Made by a program: the position numbers and the translations under genes
Notes under the pieces: model-generated
Told to the model about the DNA's origin: nothing
Database searches by the model: none
What the model saw: only the letters and a program-made list of their open reading frames with translations
Part shown: piece after piece, positions 12,992-25,099 of the stretch
How positions within the stretch are numbered: the stretch's first letter is position 1
Layout: each line of letters starts with the position of its first letter
Assembly (NCBI GenBank): GCA_951406725.2
Contig: OX597820.1
Coordinates: forward strand, 31,124,001 to 31,188,000
DNA: 64,000 nucleotides
Direction of reading: 5' to 3'
DNA from: Octopus vulgaris
Taxonomy: Eukaryota

Positions 12992-14243
12992 CTGGAAAAA
13001 CAATAGATACAAATACTGAGTGTCTGATAGGACAGGGGGATAAGTTACACTCAAACAGCCACACTCACATTTCCCTATAAGCTTGAGTGTGATGTTTCAA
13101 TGTTTGTTTCACCTAACACAGATTAGTGAGGTTAATTGGGTCCAAATACCAGGGCCAACTGTCTTTTCACACCTTGGTTTTCCTTCCTGCCCTTAATTTT
13201 TTTTCTACAGATTGAGTTTTTAGACAGGCTAAAAGAGGTAATGCCCATAATGTTTGCAGGAAGAATGTAGACAAAGAGGAAATCATGTCTGACTGCTGCA
13301 CTTCAATAAAGGTGTCAGAGATGGGGTTAAACCAGGAAGCATGTGAGACCAACCACTCAAAAGAGACAGATAAATCAAAGATAAATAACAGGTGCCCAAA
13401 CTAAACATTACCTATATCAATGTTACCTGTTCAGGAGGGCCTACAAAGGTCATGACCACTGCAGTTCCTTTCCTCTCTGACAAAACTTTATTAAAAAAAA
13501 AAATCCATCTGGTGTAGACGTAGCAAGTGCAGGCGTGTATGTATGGTTAGGAAGCTTCCTTCTCAACCAAGCAGTCTCAAATTCAGTCCCACTGCACAGC
13601 ACCATGGGCAAGTGTCTTCTACAGTCCTGGACCAACCAGCACTTAATGAATTGATTTCGTAGGCAGAAACTAAAAGAAGCTTGTGTGGTGGTTGTAAATG
13701 AGCACCACCATCACAAAAGCAGTAATTTGTTTCCAATCTGCCATAAAAAAAAAATGTTTGACCATAGGGAAGTATTACCTCACTTGGAAATAGATGGGGG
13801 TTGGTGACAGGAAGGGCATCTGGCAGTAGAAAATATGCCCCACCCATGCAAACATGGAAAAGTGGACACTAAATGACAACGATGATGTTGATCTCATCAT
13901 CATCATCATCATTTAGCATCCATTGTCCATGCTGGCATGAGTTGGATGGTTTGACCAGGGCTGGCAAGCTGGGAGGCCGCACAAAACTCCAATCTGATTT
14001 TGCATGGTTTCTATGGCTGGATGCTCTTCCTAACGCCAACCACTCCGAGAATGTAATTGTTGCTTTTATGTGCCACTGGCATCCTACTATGTCACTCCCT
14101 CCCTTCCACACACATTCTTAAAACACTAAATCTCCTTTCCCCTTCACAAAATTTTCTCAAGACACCTTCCCTACATTCTGAAGACACAAAATAATAATTT
14201 AGAATGGAAAAAACATTAGAGTCGAATTTTCTTCAAAACTTAC

Positions 14244-14313
14244 TTGACGTATTTTCAAGTTGGTTTCCCCATCTAGGTTGGAGGTTTCTATGTAACACAT
14301 ACCTTGGGGCTCA
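14244..14313 (-). CDS. ATP8A1: Flippase exon (70 nt, phase 2->0): [23 protein letters not shown]
   Basis: ttttctag|T acceptor, CAA|gtaagt donor; DGETNLK dephosphorylation motif of P4-ATPases. Confidence 0.97.
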
Positions 14314-15850
14314 CTAGAAAATCAGACAAAAAAAATAAATCTTATATTTAAAAAAGAGAAAAAAAGAAATTAATGCTCCATAAACAGAAAGGTAAAATAA
14401 AATCATAATGGAGATCCTCGGAGATCCTCACAAGTTACCATGATAACTTCAAATTTGACAGTATATCTCTCTGCTTCTTGCGTTTCTTGCAGTAAATAGT
14501 CACCAGAATTGATAGATTAGCCATAATGAATTGCATTTGAAAAAAATCATACTGGACATAGAAAACAAAACAGAAGTCAATGTTGCACCATTTGATGAAT
14601 TGAGGTTTGATATTTTGGCAAGGGAACCATTTGAACTGTTCAAAGAGACTAGATTTGTGATGTCAAGAAGTACATCTCTCCAAAGTGGTGTCCTTGAGGC
14701 ATTAGAAAAGATGAGCAATTTTTCTCCTCCATCATTCTGAGTTCAATCTCAGGCAAGGCACTAAGGTAATTCACATAATTCAACTGAAGCAAAAAATGTC
14801 ATGTAATGCAGAGAGTGGAATGAGAACAGTGTACCCAGTAGATCAAATAAAGTGTTAGATTTGAAATTCTGATACAACAGAATTCAACACAAGACACTTG
14901 AAGAAGGACAGAGCATTACAACAACCAAAACAGTGAAAACAACAGTCAAGATGAAGACACCGATCCAACTAATATAAGCAGCATACATAAGAGCATGGTA
15001 TATTTTACCAAGAAATACACATTAGCAAGTGACAGCTGGCTTTACTGTACAGTACTTTGTGTTGACATCTTTGTTCTGATTATAGTTGGGAGGTCAGCAA
15101 TGAGTTACCACATGTCACTGACAAAATCGATGAACCAACCGAGGAAAAAACATCTAAATAGTCGCTTGACTTACTAGAAATAGCAATCAAATTCCCCTCA
15201 AATTTGTCCACCATTTTTAAAATGGACATGTCAGATGATGTAGATCATCATAATCATCATCATTTAACATCTGCAGTCCATGCTGGCCTGCGATGGACAG
15301 TTTTACATGAAACTCTCTGTTGTGGCATGGTTTCTATGGCTGGATGCCCTTCCTAACAAAAAAATGAGAAGACAGGACGATCCCATATGAGGACCTTTTA
15401 ATCATAGGTCTACTCAATCAAGGTTGACCTGGGAGTAAAAATACCACCCAAAATCCAGCTTCAACAACATCACAACTAGTGGATAGAGAGATAAATATTT
15501 AGATTCTCTTTACTTCTCTTTAAATAAAGCCATTAATTTCAGCAACAGTAAATTGATGCAAATAGACAATAGACAAGCTTAAGAAGACATCAATTCTACC
15601 TGATAGTGAAGTGTTAACTTAGAGAAAGAGAAGCAGCAAGGAAAAGTGAGAGGAAAGAGAGCCTTCAACCTTAAACTACAGGACAACGTCCTATAGACAC
15701 GATTGCACAGCTTCACTGGATAGCCAGGTATCATCTCGACTTTACATCAACATTTGTCAAAGATAATTAAAGATACTTATTAACTCATCTGATAAAACCT
15801 GAAGGCCTTTGGATAGCAGTTTATTTTAGTGAAGCATAACTACAGTAGCA

Positions 15851-15883
<33 letters not shown>

Positions 15884-17194
15884 AATTGTGTCAATCCAGC
15901 TTAAGCTGACTATTGACTGAAACAGCAAATTAGTGTGATCAGACTGACAAAAAGACAGGATATTTCACAAGATGAGATGAGATGAGGTGGTGCAAGCAGA
16001 TGAAATTTTGTCACACAATCAATAAATGCAGGAACGGATGGACAAGTGAATGTGCAAGGAGTGGGCTGGGTGGGGGGTGATGTTGGAGTCTAATGAGATA
16101 CATCAACAAAGGAATGAAACAAAACAAGAAAATCAAAAAAGAAAAAAATAGAGAACATTTAATCCTGAAGGAGAAAGGTTACAAGTTAATGTTGTGAAAA
16201 GATTTCAATTAAAATTAAAAATAAATTTACTAATTAATGAATTAAATACTTAAGTCTTCATGCTGCAGCGAAAGCATGAGGTTTAGTGGTTAGATTGTGT
16301 TTAGCCTTATGATCCTAAGATTGTGGGTTCAATTCCTGGACCAGGTATTTTGTATCCTTGAGCAAGATACTTCATTTCCTATTGCTCCAATCTACTCAGC
16401 TGTAAATGTGTACCAGCTTAGTGTTGGTGTAGCCCTCTCTCCATTCAGGGCTATGATGCTGAGAAGCGTCTATGACTATATAGGCACTTAAAACAATTAG
16501 TGGAAACAAGGTACATAACCTTTTCTACTCTAGGCACAAAATTTTGGGGGAGGATGCAGATTGATTAGATTGACCCCAGTATGCAATTGGTACTTAATTT
16601 ATCGACCCCAAAAGCATGAAAGGCAAAGTCAACCTCGGCAGAATTTGAACTCAGAATGTAACGACAGGCAAAATACTGCCAAGCATTTCATCCAGCGTGC
16701 TAATGCTTCTGCCAGCTCACTACCTTAAACATGGTACATAATACCAAGCCATACCACCTCATGAGTATCAGCTGGTTGCACTGTTCTTTGCATACCACTA
16801 TCGCTGCTGCTGCTGATGATAACAATGATGGCATTAAGATGGGGGTGGGCGGCAAAAGGAGAAGTGAGATAAAAATCTGAAAGGGAAAATTAACCAATTG
16901 AAATAAACTGTGAGGACTTAACATGAACTTTAATCCGGCCATATCATCATCATCATCGTCGTCGTTGTTTAACGTCTGCTTTCCATGCTAGCATGGGTTG
17001 GACGAATGACTTAGGGCTGGCGAACCAGATGGCTGCACCAGGCTTCAATCTTGATCTGGCAGAGTTTCTACAGCTGGATGCCCTTCCTAACGCCAACCAC
17101 TCCGAGAGTGTAGTAAAATCTAGCTCAAATATTCAACGTTTTATGTTCAAACTGATCAGACCTCACCTCACACACCTATCCTCAAAAGTGTAAA

Positions 17195-17510
17195 GGCGCT
17201 TGGATTAGTGGTTACAGTATTCAGCTCACAATTGTAAGGTTGTGAGTTTGGTTCCTGGTAGCACTTTGTGTCCTTGAGTAACACACTTTATTTCATGTTG
17301 CTCCAGTCAACTTAGCTGGCAAAAGTGAATTGTACCAGTAATTCAAACATTCAGCTTTGTCACATTCTGTGTGTCACACTGAATCTCCCTGAGAACTACA
17401 TTAAGAGCATGCATGCCTGTGGAGCACTCAGCCATTTGCATGTTAATTTCACGGGCAGGCTGTTCAGTTGATTGAATTAACCGACACCCTTGTCGTCGTA
17501 ACTGACAGAA
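17195..17510 (+). mobile_element. tRNA-derived SINE family D. Other copies: 16270-16490, 40900-41200, 47430-47733(-), 49085-49390, 57020-57265(-)
   Basis: Head gg...ttagtggtt...ctcacaat...gtgagttc.attcc followed by gtgtccttgagcaagacactttatttcacgttgctccag. Confidence 0.75.
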
Positions 17511-17917
17511 TGCTAGTTCAAACTCTAGGTCATTCTAAAAATATACCATTACATTATTGAAATTCTGAAGATATGAGATAAAGCATGATTAATTCAAAAC
17601 AATATGAATAAACAAGTATTACATTTGACAGATTAATCTGGATGCTAAAGAGTTAAACTCTTACATTATTGACATTGGACAGACATGTGTCCCCATCTTG
17701 TTTGTTGTTACCACAATGTTTTAGTTGATTTACTCACCAGGTGTCCTGGTGGAATTCTGAACCCAACCTTGGGTTCTCATTCCTAAGGTATTTTCTGCTG
17801 ATATTATTATTATTATTATTTTATTTTTGACTTTTGCTTTGCATTTGTACAAGTTGGCTCTATTATTATTAAACAATAATAAATCTCTGAGCGAGGTATA
17901 AACAGTAGCTGCAACAC

Positions 17918-18145
17918 ATCGTGAAGTATAATTGCCACTTAAATGTGGCTAACCCCTAAGGGTGGATGCTACTGTAGCTTGTAGCCCCAGGAGGACACCT
18001 CCTCCAGCTGGCTATTGACACACTTTCTGTGCCCTAGAAAGTGTGTCAATAGCCAGCTGGAGGAGGTGTCCTCCTGGGGCTACAAGCTAAGTAGCATTCA
18101 CCCTTAGGGGTTAGCCACATTTAAGTAACAAATATACTTCACGAT
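17918..18145. repeat. Near-perfect long inverted repeat (~110-bp arms, 7-nt loop gtgccct at 18029-18035)
   Basis: atcgtgaagtata...gctattgacacactttct / agaaagtgtgtcaatagc...tatacttcacgat. Confidence 0.95.
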
Positions 18146-18340
18146 TATTATTACTATTATTTATTCAAGGCACTGCCTGGAATTGAACTCGGAATCTTGG
18201 GGTTAATAGTCTGCACTCTTAACCATTATGCTATATGCCCGTGGACATATAGCACAATAAAAATAATAAATAAATAATAACAACATCAGCAAAAAATACC
18301 TTAGGAATTAGAAGCCTGGGTTGGGTTCAAAATTCCATCA

Positions 18341-18388
18341 GGACACCTGATGAAGGCTGGAGAGTAAATCAGCCGAAACGTTGTGGCA
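18341..18388 (+). ncRNA. Minimal type I hammerhead ribozyme motif
   Basis: gacac-CTGATGA-a-GGCTGG agagtaaa TCAGCC-GAAA-C-GTT-gtg: intact core, 6-bp stem II, palindromic ACGT stem III, stem I cac/gtg. Confidence 0.7.
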
Positions 18389-18833
18389 ACAAGAAACAAA
18401 ATGAGGACACATATCCGTCCTATGTAAATAATGTACAGAATTCCTCCTCTAAAATAGAGAACAGGTTAAACTCTTGTCACTCAACTGAGTCACCCTGTTC
18501 AGATACTAAACACTTTTCCTTCTTTCCTTCAACTTCACTCCTAACTTAAACCCAAACTCAGTAGATTATCACGGTTACAATTATCAGAGACCTTGCTCCT
18601 TTAAGATATTGTTACATGAAGGGTTCAGAGTTATCTGGGTGGATGTAATAATCCAAATATCTAAAACTGAATGAAAGCAATGAAGGGAGCTTCAGCTTCA
18701 GGTGCTTGCACATTTGAAAGGCAGTAAGTAGGTTCTATGAATTGTTTTCTTCTTAAGAAACTAAGCATTTATGAAGGAGAGGTATGAACATGATCAACTC
18801 CAAAACCCCACCCTTTTATGTGATGGTTTAGTC

Positions 18834-19349
18834 CAGTTCCTCTCAACCACAGTCCATATGGCCCTTGGGGATTCATGTAAGATTTTGTTGCTAAAATTTG
18901 CACAATAAATTGCTTACACTTCTATAATACACAAAATATTTTAACAATTCTTTATTCAATTCCTAAAAATATTTTATTACAGTAGGATTTTTATAATAGT
19001 TCTGCATTCAGTCCCACTGTGTGGCATCTTGGACACATGTCTTCTACTATAGCCTCAGGCTGACCAAAGCCTTGTGAGTGGATTTGGTAGACAGAAACTG
19101 AACGAAACCTACTGTGTGTATATATATATATCTGTGTGTGTCTTTGTGTTTATGTCTCTGTAACTTAGCAGTTGGAAAAAGAGACCAAAAACCCTTCAAG
19201 GCTGTGTTTCAGTATGGCTGCAGTCAAATGACTGAAACAAGTACAAGAATATATACACACACACACACACATCAAATGGCTATGGAGGTCCAGAAGAGTA
19301 AAATAGGAATCAACGAAGTCCATAGGCAAAAAATGGTTGAGAACCACTG
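18834..19349. mobile_element. hAT (Charlie-like) MITE interrupted by a family-B SINE (~19000-19270)
   Basis: Ends cagttcctctcaacc / ggttgagaaccactg; flanks gtttagtc / gttgggtc; second copy at 40374-40898. Confidence 0.7.
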
Positions 19350-19904
19350 GTTGGGTCAAAAGTGGAAAGGCAGTGATTTGACCTCTTTGAAGAGCTTTTG
19401 TAAAGGAAACCCTTGACAAAGAGCACAGATGATTGGCTGCAGCTAGAGGAAGCAGGGTTTCAGGATATAAAGTTAATACTTGACTGAAGGATAGGCAAGT
19501 AGTGGTATTAAACCAAGTCAGGAGTAAGTCTACCACCTTGACATTGTAAGTGTTACTGTGATGATGAATGATTGACTGTTACTGAAAGACTTGTTTAAAA
19601 GAATAATAATTTAATGCCACTTCAGACAAAACAAAGAGGCTTGACTGGCAAGCTTAAAAAAAAACCTCAAGAACTTTTCAAAGACTTTTTAATTGTACTA
19701 GAAAGGGAAGGATGGTTAAAGTAGGATCTGAAAGATAACTTACAGAGATAACTGAAATGTATGGACCAGGGATGGGCAATCACTGAATTGATTTCTTTGT
19801 TTAATCCTTTATCATTCAAAACCAGACAAAGCCAGACTGCTATCATAAAAGACAGTTTTGTTAGCTGGAAACCACTCATGTTATGATTTATTGTTGTTGT
19901 TATT

Positions 19905-20300
19905 GTTTAACTCAAGGCTAGTGCTGATCAAGCAGACCTCAAAGTAATCCAGCCATGTCCAACCCATATTATTTTCAGGCAAATTATCTATTGGGTCTTT
20001 CTTTTTTTTATGGTAACATATGGTTTGAGTAGAATTCGGTTGCTATTTCTAACAGGTTGGGCAACAATACTGAGGCTTCCTCATTATCCCAACTCATCTT
20101 CAAAGTACTGTTGTTTCACTCCATGCTAGACCCGAGTGAGCAGATCTATGACCCCCAAAACACTCCAGATGTGACCCTGTCTTTCTAGAACTACAACACT
20201 TATGCATTCTTCCTTGTTTTTTTAAGATAAAAGGATATGGTTTAAATGAGTTTAGCTGCTATTTCTAACTGGTCAAATGATTACAGAGAGGTTAACCTCA
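19905..20300 (+). repeat. Old unclassified interspersed repeat family E (two tandem copies here; others near 2580-2790, 10920-11110, 11340-11520, 37670, 52950-53140, 55320-55490 and reversed at 1350-1560, 12040-12230, 34250-34410)
   Basis: Recurrent degenerate motifs gtttaaccc.aggtc...agcagacctatgatc...ccagccatgaccatcc and gagatttggctgctatttctagcagg. Confidence 0.6.
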
Positions 20301-20421
20301 TTAGCAAGTGTGCACAATGTATTTAGACAGGAGATGTTACAGAAAGAGAGACAGTTTGTTGGTTGAAAGTGATGAGCCCAATTGCAATTTACCTGGGAGA
20401 GACCAACTGTAATTTACTCAC

Positions 20422-20536
20422 CTGGAAGATAACAGCAGCAAATCAGCAGGAAAGAACTTGCTACTCGTGATCTTGACCAGATCTCCCACTGTTACGTCAA
20501 TCCACTTAACTGGAAACCAGTCACCATTTTTTAACA
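20422..20536 (-). CDS. ATP8A1: Flippase exon (115 nt, phase 1->2): VLKNGDWFPVKWIDVTVGDLVKITSSKFFPADLLLLSS
   Basis: tttgcag|TG acceptor, AG|gtgagt donor; A-domain W..V.VGD.V......FPADL.LLSSS motif. Confidence 0.96.
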
Positions 20537-20655
20537 CTGCAAAAATAAAGAAGGCAACATGTATATTTGGAAATTTGGAAGGAGAAACAACAAGAACTGG
20601 GTGGGAGATATGCCAGGACAATTTACCATCAACAAAAAATATCATTCAGGTTTAA

Positions 20656-20877
20656 CCCTTTTGTTACTGTATTTATTTTGAGATGCTCTGTGATTCTTTC
20701 AATTACTTTAAATATAACAAAGAATTTAGTAAAATAACTTAGTTATCATTCAGCTAGTGTTAGGAACATAAATTGTGACTAAAGGTTTGGTGGAAGATTT
20801 TAATCTCAAAACTTATGAAAACAAGATATTTGTACTCAGAACCTGAGCCGGTTTCAGCCGAGTTGGTAAGGAAAGGG
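20656..20877. mobile_element. piggyBac-like MITE (related copy ~45755-45988)
   Basis: TTAA-CCCTTT(tgttac)...(gtaagg)AAAGGG-TTAA. Confidence 0.75.
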
Positions 20878-23800
20878 TTAATATGAATAAGAGTAACTAA
20901 AGGATTTGAAGGAATAAAATTCTCTGCATCATCAAACATGTTAGGAGACCTCATCCTTAATGACTGTGTTCAAAGTTGGCCTGGATTGGATGGTTGAACA
21001 GGATCTCATGGGCCCAAGGGTTGCATCATGCTCTAGCATCTGTTTTGGCACAGTTTCTACAACTCGACGGTCCTTCCTAATGCCAAGAACTTTACAGCAT
21101 GTACTGGGTGCTTTTTTCATGCCTCAAGCACTAATCAAGTTGCCATGTAGCTTGCAAGACTACATGCCCCAAGGGAGGAATTTTGAGCTAGATGAGGAGT
21201 AAAAGTATGAGAAAAAGGGCCAGACCAAAACAAGTTTCTTATTACAGAGGAATATATAACTACTCACATTTTAGAAGAGAAAGAGAGAGAGGGTGCAAAT
21301 AACTGGGTGGACCTGACTCTCAATTAGAAAAAAAGAATACAAGTTCCAGTAACCCAATACCCTATATTTAGCAATCCTGATTGTCTGGTACATTTTGTAA
21401 GATTTTACCAATTTATCATAATCTTATGCATCACCACTAATTCCACCTGGTCACTATTCATATTCAAGTTGAAAAGAACAGCAACCAGTGCATGAGTGAG
21501 TCATATCTGGTTTTATTTACTTTATATACAGTGTGTGTGTGTGCGTGCATGCCCATGTCCTGATACCATCTGATAGTTAGAAATCAGCATTACCATCATA
21601 CAAGTGATGTCAATTTCCAGTCTACTGTGAAATACATGTTTAACTATGGAGTAATATTACCATGTTTGGACACAGGTGAGGGTTGGCAACAGGAAGGTCA
21701 TCAAGCTGTAGAAAATCTGGCTCACAAAATTCTGTCTGACCCATGCAAGCATGGAAAAGTGGACACTAAATAATGTTGATGATATCTACCCTTAAGTGGA
21801 AACATGCCTTCTAATATTGAGAGTAACCAATTTGAGAATTGTGCTGGGGGAAAAAAAAAATGTAACTCTTAACATTGCACCCAAAAATTGAAATAACACA
21901 AACTGGCTCTTCAACATTTTATGAAAATTAATGAAACAAAAGAACATTTATGGCTGAATCTGAGGCAAGTACATATGTTTTATGTGCAGCAGATATGAAG
22001 AAATCACACAAAGTTATGGGCACTGCAAGTGCTTATAGTTGGATGATTTAGAAGGTTTAACTCTTTTCATATCAACCTGCATGAAACTGCTCCTGATAGT
22101 ACGATTCCTAGTTTTAAAATGATTTGTTCCAAACAGTTATTTCAATAAATTCTTTATTATTTTCAAAATAAAATGAAACAAAGACTCTTTACCTGTTTCA
22201 GTCATTTTGACTGCGGCCATGCTGGAGCACCGCCTTTAGTCGAACAAATCAACCCCAGGACTTATTCTTTGTAAGCCTAGTACTTATTCTATTGGTCTCT
22301 TTTGCCAAACCGCTAAGTTACGGGGACGTAAACACACCAGCATTGGTTATCAAGCAATGTTGGGACACACACACAAACATATACAAACACACATATATAT
22401 ACATATATATGATGGGAACTTTCAGTTTCTGTCTACCAAATCCACTCACAAGATTTTGGTCAGCCTGAGGCTATAGTAGAAGAGGCTTGCCCAAGGTGCC
22501 ATGCAGTGGGACTGCACCTGGAACTATGTGGTTCGCAAGCAAGCTACTTTCCACACAGCCACTCCCACATCTATTTTAGCAGAACTATGGTAACAAAAGT
22601 GTTAAAATAGGGTACGACATTCATAAACTTAGTTAAGTCTGGCACAAAGAAGTAAGCAAATATTGAGGTCAATGAAAAATACAGTCACCTTTGTGATTAC
22701 CTGGTTTTAGAAAAAAAAACTGATTTTGTTGTAGTCTAAAACAGAATTCCAGTATACTCACATATCTGATAATCTTATATGATCAAGATCCCAATACCTG
22801 CAGATTAACAGACCAGCATTGAATTTTCCAAAGCAATTAAAAAAAACTAGACAGTTATAAATACACCATTACAACCATCACTGTCCATTTTCCATGCTGG
22901 CATGAATTGGACAGTTCAACACAAACTGATGAGCCAGTGGACTGTGTTGAGGTTCAATGTCACTATGGAGATATAGTGGGAGCTTTTCTTTTTTTGGCAC
23001 CAGCATTAGTGAGGTCACTATGTAATTCACAAGACAAAGACCCCTAAACTGAGTGGGGGTATAGTATTGAGGAAGGTGAAAGGGTGATAGAGGGATAGGA
23101 AAAAGTGCCTTGCTGAAGAAATACATAGCTTCTCAAGTTGGAGAGAGAGAGAGATGGTGAAGGTATACTTTTAAGGTGCAAGGTGGGTATAAGAGAGAGA
23201 ATAAAGGATAGCGGAACAGAAAAGTAGTATAGGGTAGATGGAGTTCTCAAAAATAGCATGACAGATGGTTAGCAGTGAGGATTGAGATGGATGCAGTGAG
23301 CTGGATTGACAGGTGCAAGCATGGTCAATGGTTTAATATCCGTTTGGAGGGGGAGTGAAAAAAAAATAGGAGTGGGTCAGAGTAACAGAAATTAACACAT
23401 TTCAATATTTTGCCTACAAAAATCCTTAGTCATTAGTAAGGAGACTAGAAACACAGTCTCTGTAATATGCTCAGAAAAGCAATGTTCAGACAATGTTGAG
23501 TAAGGGTTAAGATCAAACAAAGAATGTTGAACAACTTTTCAATAATAGAGTGTGGTTTTTGGATCGCATTTGTTTAAATGGAATTGCTCTTTAGTTCTGC
23601 TAAAGATGTGGGAGGGAAGCAATTAGTACAAAAATTCTAAGAGAACAAATCCTATAACTTGTAACATTGCACTGCATTTACACATGCAAGTTTCTCTTCT
23701 CTATTTAGGCTAGGCAATCTCTGAGACTTCATTGAAACTTGACACTCTCTACAGGACCAAAAGTGCATCATTCCACTGTCATCTATGCAAAGAGCAGTTC

Positions 23801-24548
23801 ATAGTTTGCAAAAAAAAAAACAAAACAAAACAAAAAAAAACAAACTTTCATACACAGGACTACCATGCTATTCATAAAAACCAGCAGAAATTTATTTTAT
23901 AATACCTAGTCATTTTATTGGTGAGCAAACCCAAGGTCATGGACACAGTCCAGCCCAATCCAGTCACGGGATATGAATCGCAAGTCCTTTTGTGATGATA
24001 GACTGACATCCTATTAACTAGGAGTAGCTCTGAATCCTCTGCACAGTAAAATACACACACACACACATATATATACATATATTACCTACACATTGACAGA
24101 CACATATACTCATATATACATTTACAGTCATGCATACATATATTATGGGGAGCAATTAGTGCTCTCACCAAAGCCAACACAAGTGGGGTGGGGGTGGGTG
24201 AAGAAAACCTAATTAAGAACACACAGAAAATAATGTAATTACTTCCCCCACCACCCTACAATGTGTGTGTGTGTGTGTAAGTAAAGGAGATGAGAGACAA
24301 GTAGAATTCTCGAGGAGGAAGAGATTTACATTGAATGCGACTGTGAGCATTAAGCCTGCTTTTAATATACACAATCAAATGATGCTTTAGATAAATATCT
24401 AAGAATATATTTTGGATAAAAGTCAAGAAGTTTGGCAATCTATTAAATCAAATTAAGAAAGGAAGAGGGAAGCTAGCGGGGAGCAGTTGAAATTATGTCA
24501 GAGGATTATGTGTGTGTGTGAGAGAAAGTGCATATGTAAATATATGTG

Positions 24549-24587
<39 letters not shown>

Positions 24588-25099
24588 ATGTATGCGGTAA
24601 TTGGGGCAAGTCAGAAATGTCAAAAAACACCCACTTAGCAGCAAAGGGGAAAAGAGAGAGAGGAGGAATTACATAAGACTATTCAGCTCCACGTCTGTTT
24701 TTCTATGCGCATGTGTGTGTGTCATTTATTATTGCAACAGGAGCACAGATTTATTCTGAGTGTAACTCTATGTACATACGATAGTAATAATAATAATATT
24801 AATAATAACAATAATAATAATAATAATAACAATAACAACAATAATAATAATAATAATGATAATAATAATCCTTTCTACTATAGGCACAAAGCCTGGAATT
24901 TTGGAAGAGGGGATAAGTCGACTACATTGACCCCAACACTCAACTGGTACTTAATTTATTGACCATGAAAGGATGAAAGGCAAAGTCAACCTCGGCGGGA
25001 TTTGAACTTAGAACGTAAAGACAGATGAAATGCCACTATGCATTTTGCATGGCATACTAACGATTCTGCCAGCTTTCCACCTTAATAATAATAATAATA

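Larger units (their letters stand above)
17663..18464. mobile_element. Head-to-head inverted pair of a tRNA-headed, hammerhead-bearing Penelope-like/retrozyme-like element
   Basis: 17663-17810 is the reverse complement of ~18280-18435; tRNA-like head at 18167-18240(-); GTTAAACTCTT duplicated at 17652-17662 and 18465-18475; right arm has a ~29-nt extra tail. Confidence 0.75.

Noticed and set aside
14500-14740. Protein-looking short ORFs on both strands near the DGET exon
   Set aside because: No recognisable motif or fitting splice sites; probably decayed transposon sequence.
17985-18030. Possible HDV-like ribozyme (cacctcctccagctgg) in the hairpin arm
   Set aside because: I could not build P1/P2/P4 of the nested double pseudoknot by eye.
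18167-18240. Possible tRNA gene (likewise the SINE heads at 49085, 17195 and 38670)
   Set aside because: Mismatched stems and attachment to repeat bodies indicate tRNA-derived SINE heads, not functional tRNAs.
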